A stretch of DNA of 64,000 nucleotides from a virus. Below, one piece after another: positions 11,801-18,877 of the stretch. The DNA lies in the IMG/VR virus record IMGVR_UViG_3300049827_000271, positions 10,404 to 74,403 of that record; one strand, given 5' to 3'. The notes beneath the pieces were generated by a model that was given only the letters and a program-made list of their open reading frames with translations, was not told the origin of the DNA and searched no databases. The first letter of the stretch is position 1, and every line of letters starts with the position of its first letter. The translations under genes and the position numbers were made by a program.

Positions 11801-13787
11801 CCTCCGCCTCTTCTACAGGCTTTGACTCCTCGGGTTTGGCGGCAGGCTCTGGCGTTATCGCGGCTTCAGTTTTTGGCGCCTCCACGGTGGGTGGCGCAGG
11901 CTTTTCTTCCTTCAGGCTGGAAACGGCAGGAGTTTCAGCCAATGCTGGCGCGGGCGCGGATGGGGCAGTCGGTACTTCAGGCTGTGTTTTCGGTGCGGTT
12001 GGAATTGAAATCCTAGCCTCCACCTTGGGCTGTGCTTCAAGTAGCGCGCTCGTTGTTGTCCCTGGGGAGGCTTGGGAAATTGGATACTTTACGCTCGTGG
12101 GAGCGGACGCAGATTCCTTCGAGATCAAAATCTTCTGCTCTGCCGTACGAAGTGCTGGCGGAGTTGATAGCGCTTCATGCAGAGCAGGATCGGCAATGCG
12201 TGGACGGCCAACTCTTGACACCTGGATAATCAACGGAGCCGATAGCGTGGCGACCGCCGGAGCTGGTTGCGCCAGCTTGATGTCATCAGGTGGTTGCAGG
12301 ACATCGGCTCCAAATGTGTAGAGTCCATCTTGCGTCTTGTTCAGAAGCCCTGAATCAACCAGTTGTTGCAGGCTGTCTTTCGGTTTGAATCCGATGATCT
12401 TTCGCACCGCCTCATCAGTGAACCATCCATCCGGAACAGACCCGGACTCCAGGATGCGCTGCCTAATCTCTGCCGCGGCATCCAGCGTGCTCAGAACTTC
12501 TTGGCCGGTATCCGCACGGGTTTTCGCTTCCCGACTCGCTGCGGAAGCTTCAGTCCCTTGCTCGACTGGTCCCACTCCTGGACGTTCACTCCCTGCTTCT
12601 GGAGCTTGCTCTGGTTGGTGTGAAAGTATCCCCTCTGTGCTGCGCTGACGTAAGGCATCTGGCTGCTCTCTTTCTGTTTGAAGTTGCTGCTCAAAATTAC
12701 CTAGCGCCCGAGAGCGCTTGGCGTAATCATCTACCTCGGATCGCAATTGCGCGATCACGTTTGGATCATACCTCCGCGGTGTGGTTGGAATCCTTGTTCC
12801 GCGTATGGCGTGCAGCGGCAAGGAGACTGCGTGCGGCCCGGCAAATAACGTGGACAACCCCAACATGCTCTCCGGAACACCTTCTCCAACAGGCTGTCCC
12901 TCAACGATATTTCCCGATCCTGTAGATGCAGCCCCAAGGATAGCCCCCTCCGCCGCCTTTGTTCCGGCCTCTGCAAGATCGCGCGTCAAATTAACAGAGC
13001 GTCTCGATGCAGCCGCTTCCACGCCTCTCTCCAACAAGCTCTTCGATGCGGAGTCCACCGCCTTTCCAACAAGCCTGTCTGCGTACTTCTTCATCACCGG
13101 AGGAAGCAGCGCCCAAACTGCGGCCTGCGTCATTCCTCCCGCGATGGCCTTGGCGATGACCTTGGAAGCCGCGGCCTCATCGGATAACCCGGACTCGCGA
13201 AGGGCGTCGAACTCTTCTTGGAAATCATGCGCGCCCACCGTTTGTGCGGCGATGGTAGCCGGAGCCGCCGGACCTGACATTACAATCGGGGCCAAGCCAA
13301 ATATGCCCTTCAAAGCCTGCCCAACTACAGGTTCACCTTCCCGCTCTGATGCCCATTCTTCGGCACGCTCGCCTTCTTTTGCGGCTATTCTTCCAGCCTG
13401 ATACAGCGGGTTCTTCTCCAGTGCGGCAGGTAACTGCTCTGGGTGCATTAGATATTTTGCAGTCTTGTCCCACCGACCTGTCAGGTATGGAAAGTATCCG
13501 CCTTCCTCAAGAACGGCAGCGCCTTTAGCCAAGGCGCCAATACCCCTTGCGGTTGCGCCAGCAATATCAGCAACCGCGCCCTTGAATGAAGGCAATAGCT
13601 CCTCGCCCTTTGATTCTGGGAATTGTTGCTCCGCCCATAGCTCAGCCCTTCGCCTCGCCGGCTCGAATGACCTGTCAAGCTCGGCGTCCGCAATCTCAAC
13701 CGGAGAAGTGTCTTCCCATTTTGGAACTGGCGCCTGACCTTGATCTACCGGAAGCGTGTCCTCCCATGCTGGGGCATTAGTCGGCAT
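2898..13787 (-). CDS. giant internal virion / DNA ejection protein (3629 aa) with a zincin-like HExxH motif
   Basis: Last gene of the virion operon; N-terminal PxWEDTxPV repeats, Pro/Glu-rich linker, coiled coils, LEHEAAH, basic R/S/P/G-rich tail. Confidence 0.7.
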   Translation of the reverse strand: MPTNAPAWEDTLPVDQGQAPVPKWEDTSPVEIADAELDRSFEPARRRAELWAEQQFPESKGEELLPSFKGAVADIAGATARGIGALAKGAAVLEEGGYFPYLTGRWDKTAKYLMHPEQLPAALEKNPLYQAGRIAAKEGERAEEWASEREGEPVVGQALKGIFGLAPIVMSGPAAPATIAAQTVGAHDFQEEFDALRESGLSDEAAASKVIAKAIAGGMTQAAVWALLPPVMKKYADRLVGKAVDSASKSLLERGVEAAASRRSVNLTRDLAEAGTKAAEGAILGAASTGSGNIVEGQPVGEGVPESMLGLSTLFAGPHAVSLPLHAIRGTRIPTTPRRYDPNVIAQLRSEVDDYAKRSRALGNFEQQLQTEREQPDALRQRSTEGILSHQPEQAPEAGSERPGVGPVEQGTEASAASREAKTRADTGQEVLSTLDAAAEIRQRILESGSVPDGWFTDEAVRKIIGFKPKDSLQQLVDSGLLNKTQDGLYTFGADVLQPPDDIKLAQPAPAVATLSAPLIIQVSRVGRPRIADPALHEALSTPPALRTAEQKILISKESASAPTSVKYPISQASPGTTTSALLEAQPKVEARISIPTAPKTQPEVPTAPSAPAPALAETPAVSSLKEEKPAPPTVEAPKTEAAITPEPAAKPEESKPVEEAEESPSPDLPPPGVKTVPAPPPEPDYQRSVFDAAHDFLSSRKRDLHLVKPKQFTTYLKEKDIPIHWLTARDAFVQKVAEIVTGLDSKQLAEKSQKANVAGDALGHGYREKLKDLAATNWEPKTREQENLEELRTLARKKKPTPEDRARIQELLASLPVEREFEFLFNKKNRTPEDEARLAVVQPQTFATARAQELMLRGALDLSDPLERFRHESIGLGIQAQEQAIASNKSLLDDMAAKGEDSRVIHAEPAAKIKIQTEGSSAKLDKEVAALQERIAEIENTNPENAKQEKSLAQKLSKLEKELDEKTRGTSAGLRLQVEQIKRASAAFGESRLTQKARIDEAKKNGDEIPVETKDSASTFHEMQEKLLELAREENQKLKSRTVLRSVLEQRVKRDTDLLNRQKEIYQDSLELHKLVHPEVEFSKKMTKEERAAARERIAPSLAFAERFARDQRTREAAKQDERNTRKDREAYSERAWSIRKLQTELFNHIVKPIYARRFRNDTGELDVNDLGWYRGSLDENGQSVRLSRENFTQVLHDLIWKKHRKLSKRGQPDESGLDVTNDERLHRLGNQFMEASRMEGLLRASERGKLSKEDQAALDAYVDKHHLEAEEVVEHVQQMMDETIQQAQPIMDAVARASNVPVFRSVNLQDDAPNLPKIFGGMARTSGVSAKTTRMTAVFKDNQTGAVYVAGAYPKATDVMIVDPAKWKKTTTENEAERERSPRDSSKWRDLFVNDERVVKGGPENGKHRYTLMAAMLLDEPRRGFLQKFESEAAFMEFAKKIDAKREELQAQGQAVEQPRVTRAIEQPTDASAEGEIADVETVLDDPAYDVGDGFRRTKARPAMPEEVDLLMKAYGPSAGNSREEFDRVFASERNGLVERKQLPKQIGGLTDPSEIKRLIFAVKNLVNLKLQEEGASTNAEAERVVLSVADDIYETYHSTKGKKEYFAQTILEKYNEFERIEKALGGLPAGGAVRPGVEIQTSRPTGAFIRIETANERARHVPTEQQRLSKLRNDVESTQRVWKETRTGDSLIAFNRAKRNLELALAGKESEPSVPVTAETKPQQKAVSAYERWLASQAPPLPEQIPFGKTWVGPNGEKVVGTMPATVRQTAERLGMKPGGLVTRHSIAPDADIGRGMGIDLVASEAAKVFGGKSPELIKIVESDEPWSAQVDIDAKTGKVLEVRLNAKNLPDAESVARALEHEAAHAVTEFGGLAEELKTLKPEEIDQIKADMAERGYTTGDRAELDTRGVDTLVQAWKGRSWFGKLVSRVMDMFSGQQMTRGKAERAAARAVSEKLAELRVQDTRPEQAGDVITRQAARTPGQWKQQSMTDPFRTENEKYESRVDTWLSIEPMAYLKPLYDALPDPVKSILRGMKYLHETHALARSEIDNAYLNSGGRPLPHGVDIVEKARNAALGADNPNVFNVSMKSFLTNAALAVDFAQIKLPDKIDYYTRKVRDSIASDRAKDGGSWVRNVRDSERAALQHVVNAAANSPTPASIQAQHMLDILNGMTKSHTVMETVGAFIDTLNASTWPSTTADLVNRWDAWALANKFKTGTDVAAGVKYILSQSQPFWQQMQQIRAGAPSKETVRLQDKLKAHEDAAAFLKTNMLSPGTEFWRNYQRAQSELGFWQMQSDPEFNKGRITSNLGGADYTLEGVRILENPNQPKGQQDTVSLPGGWDKSGMKADLDNARKAARWFREYADNPESDPMRASFYRERAQELEERLTHQALATEQGSSRIAKWLPGYLVELFGQTREIAPWLGRNMLGLKAANAARDVDLVIEQLQTAAVSGKAGSRNVTTRNRKATIKAMRAHGFRSPQEWEDQIGNAILHSMAYPHGQPLTVGKAHRGITVLPEDMAAVQAELALYKAKAGVGRELKKFGRPEVLITEKIGGITVQRPALELTSGMLPRRINPEANDYALSLQTLAAKNGQLAPVIEKHLDRVLSHLWGFKHEHYRMAMRSPLVMEYLSLARQFDAGRPEPSNYVGLLDAIVDEVRTRPDPKDWMTRDEVKSRLEHELLRGARGELPLESPSVKPGERPITEVMGAGSFMTRPRESGTLPPDFYEYALASENSVHALDWGITKTYLVNYANSLIDLRDSLGRQIGDWDVRYETQSPKGLEKANAQTREEQVNGESLLNYADAVMIKRMIDSDLKSLRDYVSMESPLEPRLARTFGGAVRRAASAVLAAIKPQVVNILAPAIDIYRQGVAMGEHRKWMFGVWGLSKAAYATAEFTKHGGRLVRGLLAVIKSDDALRKQFGPDFERAIEANANELSSMTGKSVSAATRAALEWRRAKELGISSQWTMRELLRNDIDTWFASGGILDQQADPSLRLASAKGLWRASTAVGRGAWHVLQGVGLTSMKHSENLLMLATVSEAHGRIKDMTMRAREVLAAREALGLPMDPQTTVLTPAELLGRGAKPDEALQFRKRMQGCDINIDRAFLDYYARSKRAADPGLENLFTKEEENRYIFDLAQARSKSGFSNRPTLSQRNRLGRSTLTLMNWVLWQNEDILRTSAIFTKGNRGAAGIKAGAKFADYLLTASVLGGLAIVPMAAWLSEYVYGSRNRTPRAWDAENPEDAFKYMMLMAGSVLPLSSGILNSALDVSKPSRGLGGTGINLFAVEMANDIPRAWRTLYQGGDISQEMARLVSRWVPNSKLILNHTDLQAGMVENSNARANIDRFSQDIDKRTQVGGTYRPSITSAEAQDAVNWMMLGNTTGMLDARERGIKKIMEKRNIEYDAAAKSFDTSVMSRNPWQAVLGRAPTLEERGTILGRMSSDQRAEVMKAEEAFNTYAESTGHQAREFVRQERGSAGGGGGGSASIPSMEPSEEKTSTGLGRMGGTGGGMSFGGARGLPRPHAGGVRLPSLSAGSSAGPSFGVRAPSVGRVSVPAPRAGVGRSATPSMSMPASRRSSVRIPTRRPAAAAHVRSVRMPKLRRTGTQKIRLPARRSRSAVARLPGVR
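12491..12658 (-). CDS. small basic protein nested out of frame in the giant gene
   Basis: MPYVSAAQRGYFHTNQSKLQKQGVNVQEWDQSSKGLKLPQRV resembles the small phage MP[FY]xSxAQR...EWD...LP proteins. Confidence 0.6.
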   Translation of the reverse strand: MPYVSAAQRGYFHTNQSKLQKQGVNVQEWDQSSKGLKLPQRVGKRKPVRIPAKKF

Positions 13788-14853
13788 AACGAATGAACTG
13801 TTTTGTTACCGAATCGAACATGGCAGTCCTTCCATCCTTCAATAATCTTGGAACTTCAGTGGAAGCTGACGGAGTAACTTCGTTTTCTTTAGAAACATCC
13901 TCAGCCGCAGGGTGCAGCATGTTACTACCTTCATCTGGCCTGAAGTAAGAGCCTCTCGCTTTCGGCGCAGAATAGACCGGAACGAACTGAGCCTTATTAC
14001 CTTGGAAAACAATTCGACGCTGCATGTCCTTGTCTCCTTGCGCGAACTTCATTGCCGCCATTCTGTTCTCAAGGGCTGTCGCATATCTGGGAGTTAGATA
14101 CTTGTGGAGTTCTTCAACGCTGCCAGTTGGGTACGATCCTCCTGGAGCCAATGATTTCAGCACCCCTTCTTCTCTGAGTCTTTTCTCGTACCGGTTGAAG
14201 TAATCACCTCTTCCCTCTGTAAAAGGAAACCAGGGAGCATTGTAAAAATGAGGAGTCTCCGACTCAGTTGGTTTGATTGTATCCGCAGTGAGCTTGGACC
14301 CAAGGTTTATTTCATCCGCAATACCAGCCGCTCGTGCATCCAGATTCCTCTCCCGCTCCACTTGCGGCTTTGAGGTGAGCACGGCAATCTTCGCCTCTTG
14401 CGGCGACAGTCCAAGAGCAAGCAGTTCCTGCTCGTCTGGATACCATCCTCCAGCAGCAATCGCCTTCTGCACAGAAGCGATGTCAGCCATTCCAGCCCGC
14501 TTCTCCTGAATCTTTCGCGCCGCCTCCTGTCCGGCCAGCACGCCTGCCCAGTACTTGGACTGTTCTTCCGCCTGCTTCTTGTGTGTTTCCGCCTGATCCA
14601 ACAGATAGCTGTGCTGCCAGTCCTCTGACTCACGCCGCTCCTGCTCCGCGCGCAGGCGCTCCGCCCGCTGCCATGCGCTTTCGTCGAGCGCGCGGGCGTT
14701 GGCAAAGTATTGCTGCGCCTGCTGGTTGGCGATCTGCTGGGCGGCCATGTCGTTTTGGACGGCCCGCGATTCTGCGGCCACCATCCGGTTGACGTTAGCC
14801 TCGTTGACGGAGTTGGTTAGTTGGGCGAGTTGTCCGTAGTCGGCGGCGATCAT
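13777..14853 (-). CDS. putative internal virion (ejection) protein
   Basis: A/Q/E-rich helical protein just upstream of the giant gene, the position of podovirus ejection proteins. Confidence 0.55.
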   Translation of the reverse strand: MIAADYGQLAQLTNSVNEANVNRMVAAESRAVQNDMAAQQIANQQAQQYFANARALDESAWQRAERLRAEQERRESEDWQHSYLLDQAETHKKQAEEQSKYWAGVLAGQEAARKIQEKRAGMADIASVQKAIAAGGWYPDEQELLALGLSPQEAKIAVLTSKPQVERERNLDARAAGIADEINLGSKLTADTIKPTESETPHFYNAPWFPFTEGRGDYFNRYEKRLREEGVLKSLAPGGSYPTGSVEELHKYLTPRYATALENRMAAMKFAQGDKDMQRRIVFQGNKAQFVPVYSAPKARGSYFRPDEGSNMLHPAAEDVSKENEVTPSASTEVPRLLKDGRTAMFDSVTKQFIRYAD

Positions 14854-14879
14854 AATGCTGTCTGTCAGTTACCCAAATT

Positions 14880-16496
14880 CTAGTTATACTCGTCATCGTC
14901 CCTAGAGGCGTTGGGATTGTAACCTCCAAGGTCAACCCATTCTCCGTATCCCCTGTCGTAGATAGCGTTTGGAAATCGAGGTGAAGTTGAAAAGCCTGGA
15001 TGACCCGGAATCTCCGATCCTTCTGTCAGCTTGTAATCCCAAGGCGCTTCAAAGTAAGGCTCTCCAGGAACTTTCTTGCGCCTGTCATCTCCACCGCGAT
15101 TACCCCGATCATCTCGGTTTCCGGGATTGTCTGGATCAGAATACGGGTTCTGATACGGGTTCTGCGGGTATCCTTCAGGCTGCCGCGGGTCGTATGGAGC
15201 GCGGGCCGGGCCGGAATAGTACGGCCTGCTCACCGGGCCGGGTCCATTGATCCCAGTGAAGTAGCTGCTGTTCATCAGATTCGCCTGCCCCTGCATGGCC
15301 GCGATCTCTGCCTGCGTCAAACCTTGTCGCGCCTGGATCGGCTGCAACCCCAAGCTGGAGGCGTATCCGTAGGCGTTGGGCATGGTCATCACATTGCCCG
15401 ACTGCATCCCGCGCAGCCATTGCTCATTCTGATTCCCGACGCCAAGCGCCGTCCCCTCGATTCCCATGCGGGCCTGGCCGAGCATGGCCGCGTTCTGGTT
15501 GCCGAGGTTGTAGAACTGGTTGGCCGTCCCAGCCCGCTGGCCGGCGATGGTTCCCGCTTGTCCGATCCGGCGCTCTCCCAGTTGCTGGCCGGCGCCAAGG
15601 CGAAGCCCGTTGATGGTGCCAACATCTTCGTGGCCCATGAGGCCAACCCGTTCGCCAAGCTGCGCCCCAAGCTGCTGGGCCATACCCAGAGCGCGGCGAC
15701 CACCATAGCCTGGACTGACCATTCCGCCCGCGTTCAGGGCGGAGATCATCTGGTTGGTGGTCAGTCCGGCGTTGCGCTGGCCGGCCTTCTCGTAGTCACG
15801 GCGCGATTGTCCAAGCTCAACCTCGTATGTCCCGATGTTGCCGAGCGTGCGCGCGTAATCCTCATCCGTCAGCCCGGACCACTTGCCCTCCAAACCGCTC
15901 GTGATGGAATCCAGTTCTCCACGCTGTCCTGTCCGGTTGGCCTCCAGCGTGTCGCCCATCGTGTCGATGATCCGCCCGCTGTTTGTCCTGAAGTTTCCAA
16001 GGTTGGATGCCAAGTTGCGTTGGGCTGTCCCATTGTAAAGCTCGTCAATGGCCCTCCCGCTCCTCTCCAAGCTAGTGTCAATGTTGCCTCGGTTCTTCTT
16101 GAAGTTCTGGTAGTAGGTAGCGAAGTCGGTGGTGTTGTCCGTTTGAGTTCCGGGAATCCTGTTCGCAAAATTCTGCACCGTGTTGGACCAGCCGGTTCCG
16201 AACTTCGGGGTCAGCAACGACTGGCTTGGATTGATCGTCCCAGGCACGGATGAGGAGGTTCCAAGTGTGGACCCAAAACCGGACGACCCGCCAAAGCGCA
16301 GGCCATTCGACAGATTTTTCATCTGATTATCCCAGTTGGTGGCATTAACCAGATTGCTCCAATTGCTGGCGTACGCCGGCTGGTTCCCTCGATCTGGGTT
16401 TTGCTCGGTGGTCGGCCCCGTCCCCTTGTACCGCATGGTCGTGTATGGGTTCTTGTATTGACGGTAGAGCGCGTTGTCGTCTGCCATAAAAGTCAT
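14880..16496 (-). CDS. putative internal virion / pilot protein
   Basis: G/Q/N/A-rich low-complexity helical sequence; position in the operon. Confidence 0.55.
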   Translation of the reverse strand: MTFMADDNALYRQYKNPYTTMRYKGTGPTTEQNPDRGNQPAYASNWSNLVNATNWDNQMKNLSNGLRFGGSSGFGSTLGTSSSVPGTINPSQSLLTPKFGTGWSNTVQNFANRIPGTQTDNTTDFATYYQNFKKNRGNIDTSLERSGRAIDELYNGTAQRNLASNLGNFRTNSGRIIDTMGDTLEANRTGQRGELDSITSGLEGKWSGLTDEDYARTLGNIGTYEVELGQSRRDYEKAGQRNAGLTTNQMISALNAGGMVSPGYGGRRALGMAQQLGAQLGERVGLMGHEDVGTINGLRLGAGQQLGERRIGQAGTIAGQRAGTANQFYNLGNQNAAMLGQARMGIEGTALGVGNQNEQWLRGMQSGNVMTMPNAYGYASSLGLQPIQARQGLTQAEIAAMQGQANLMNSSYFTGINGPGPVSRPYYSGPARAPYDPRQPEGYPQNPYQNPYSDPDNPGNRDDRGNRGGDDRRKKVPGEPYFEAPWDYKLTEGSEIPGHPGFSTSPRFPNAIYDRGYGEWVDLGGYNPNASRDDDEYN

Positions 16497-16741
16497 CCTT
16501 CCAATTTGATCACCCGTTTCTCCAGTTCGATGATCCGCTTTTCAATCGCGGAAAAGCGCTGGTCCAGCACGGATTGCGACTGGGTGATCCACCGCTCCTC
16601 CATGCGCGTGTTGGCCTCGTGACACACGGCCAGTTCAGGGTCGAACTGGGAAAGCTTCTTGGGAACAGGGGCCAGCACTCGCTTCGGCAGCGGGATGCTG
16701 CCGGTCCTCCCGGCGGTCGTCGTTAAAGTGTTGGCGGCCAT
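16493..16741 (-). CDS. small coiled-coil virion protein
   Basis: 82 aa, C-terminal heptads, ATGA overlap with the next gene. Confidence 0.55.
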   Translation of the reverse strand: MAANTLTTTAGRTGSIPLPKRVLAPVPKKLSQFDPELAVCHEANTRMEERWITQSQSVLDQRFSAIEKRIIELEKRVIKLEG

Positions 16742-16756
16742 TTTTCATCAAAGCCA

Positions 16757-18874
16757 TCACTGCCTGCGAGCCAGCAGCGTTGCTCCAGACACCATACACG
16801 ATCCACCGAGGGCTGGCAACAAATTGGATTTCAGGTCCGACTGGTTGGAGAGCCTTCCGATCACCAGTTCAAAGTAGAGGTAGCGGCCCGAGGCGTAGAG
16901 TTCCCACTGGGTCGCGCTGATATTTGGACTCAGGTTGCGCGCCATGTACTCGGCCCCGCGCATGAGTTGCGGGCACTTCAGGTACTTGCGCTGCTCCCTC
17001 TGCCAGACGACCGCGCAGGCATCGGCCTCCAGCGGATTGACCGGAACGCCGTGTCCACCGATCTGCATGGCCGGGTCAACCGGGGAGTATGACTGTCCCA
17101 CCCGCAGGCTGACCACGCACGGATCAATCTGGGCCTCCGGTAGCTGGTCCAGGATAAATCCGTGCAAGATGGTCTGCGTGTCCGCAAACGAGATCGGGCC
17201 GCTGGCCATGATCGAGTAGTAGCCGCGTGATTCAAAGTGGCCTACGAACGCGGTATAGTTTCCATCGCCATCCAGATCATCCGCCGTCCGCTCGGTTAGG
17301 AAGTTGGTGCAGGAATCGTACGCATACACGTCGTCAATCTGCTTCAGGCACCAGTCTTCGGCATGTGCGAAAATGAACAACTGCTTCTCGTTGCACGACC
17401 CGCACAGGTCGTCCGTCCGCAGGTTCATCCGGGAGGCGGCTGATCCAATGTCCGGCTCCACCTGAGTCCAGTCCTCCGTCTCCAAGCCATCAATGGTCAC
17501 TGTGTCTGCCGTCAGGAACACGGAGGGCGGATTGTCCGTGCATCCGCCACACCGGAAGAGCGCCTCCTTCTGCATGGACTCCTTCAAATCGTTGGTGGAG
17601 CAAATGCAGTTTCCCAGCAGCCAGTCGCGGAAGGTGGAGCGCGGGTCGCGCCGAAAAATCCCGTAACAGGATGCGGCGAAGTCACGCTCGTACACGTTCC
17701 GGTGAACCATGTCGAAGACCAATGTGCGGCTCGGCTGGCTGTGGCCAATCTCCGTCCATGACAGATAGATTTCCTTCGTCTCCGGGTGGTAGCCGGCGAC
17801 GTGCGGCTCGCACTGCTCGGTGTCAATGCTGTCGAAGATCATCTTGCTCGCCAGGTGCATCCACTCCTCGCGCCGTGGGATCATGTCGTAAAACGGATTC
17901 AGCGAGTAGATGCCATCGCGGGAGGCCCACACCAATTCCTCACCCGTGGATACCAAGGTGTTTGGATAGGCCAGGCAGCGGTCCCCCTTCGTCGATTCAT
18001 AGACGATGGCGAACTCGATGGGCTGGTCCGCGTTCCCGGTCGCAGTCCCCCTCCAGATGCGCTGGTTGGTATAGACCACGAGCGCCTCACCAAAGGTGAT
18101 CAGGCGGATGACCCGCTCGTAACTGTTGAGCATTTGTTCATCGGCCAGTGACGCCCCGGTCGTCGAGTCGATCTGGGCCGGGTCAAACTGGGTGGGCGCA
18201 AACCTGCCGCTCCAAACGATGGCGTTCTGCGTGTAAGCCCCTCCAATCGTGATCCCGCCCAATATGATGATGTCCTTGAACGCGCAGATGGTCTGGGCTT
18301 TCTCCAAGTCGATGGCATCCAAGTCCGGGATGGGCTTGAGCGCAATCCCGGTCGCTGGATCAATCGGGTCGTCCAACGTGTAGGACATGGGTTTGTCCAC
18401 CCCGTTGGTGAAGACGATGGTGTCCAGCACTTGGGCGCACTGCCAGCGCACATCCAATCCAAATGCGTCCGTGACACCCATGCCATCGGCGAGCACGCGC
18501 CAAGCCCCGGTGGACTCATTGAGTTGGTAGATGCGCGACTTGGTGCCGACAATCAGGTAACGGCTTCCGCTTGTGCTCACCGCCTCGTAGATCAGGGTTA
18601 TCGGTTCCCGAACACTCCCCGCCTGGCACAGCGGAAGAAGCTGATCATGCAGGTCTTGGTCATTGTAGTCCGCGTCGGCCCCGCCTTGGCAGTCGTAGCC
18701 GTATTCTCCGTAGAGCAGCCGGCGGTATCCGCGTGCCCGGCGCAGCTTGTTCGTATCCGGTGTCCAGAAGTTCAGGCGGCGGCGCCAAGAGCCAAAGGCC
18801 AGCAGGTCCGGTGGGGTCCGGACATCCAGCGGCCCGGTCCAAGGCTTGAGCGGAATGGGTTTGCGCAGGCTCAT
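16757..18874 (-). CDS. putative tail tubular/nozzle protein (P22 gp10 / T7 gp12-like role)
   Basis: 705 aa, beta-propeller-like strands (WQCAQVLDTIVFTNGVDKP, IVWS...P..F), upstream of the ejection proteins; Cys-rich. Confidence 0.65.
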   Translation of the reverse strand: MSLRKPIPLKPWTGPLDVRTPPDLLAFGSWRRRLNFWTPDTNKLRRARGYRRLLYGEYGYDCQGGADADYNDQDLHDQLLPLCQAGSVREPITLIYEAVSTSGSRYLIVGTKSRIYQLNESTGAWRVLADGMGVTDAFGLDVRWQCAQVLDTIVFTNGVDKPMSYTLDDPIDPATGIALKPIPDLDAIDLEKAQTICAFKDIIILGGITIGGAYTQNAIVWSGRFAPTQFDPAQIDSTTGASLADEQMLNSYERVIRLITFGEALVVYTNQRIWRGTATGNADQPIEFAIVYESTKGDRCLAYPNTLVSTGEELVWASRDGIYSLNPFYDMIPRREEWMHLASKMIFDSIDTEQCEPHVAGYHPETKEIYLSWTEIGHSQPSRTLVFDMVHRNVYERDFAASCYGIFRRDPRSTFRDWLLGNCICSTNDLKESMQKEALFRCGGCTDNPPSVFLTADTVTIDGLETEDWTQVEPDIGSAASRMNLRTDDLCGSCNEKQLFIFAHAEDWCLKQIDDVYAYDSCTNFLTERTADDLDGDGNYTAFVGHFESRGYYSIMASGPISFADTQTILHGFILDQLPEAQIDPCVVSLRVGQSYSPVDPAMQIGGHGVPVNPLEADACAVVWQREQRKYLKCPQLMRGAEYMARNLSPNISATQWELYASGRYLYFELVIGRLSNQSDLKSNLLPALGGSCMVSGATLLARRQ

Positions 18875-18877
18875 AGG

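Noticed and set aside
2898-13787. Virion RNA polymerase or tape-measure protein
   Set aside because: No DxDGD or T7-type polymerase motifs and no tape-measure periodicity recognised.
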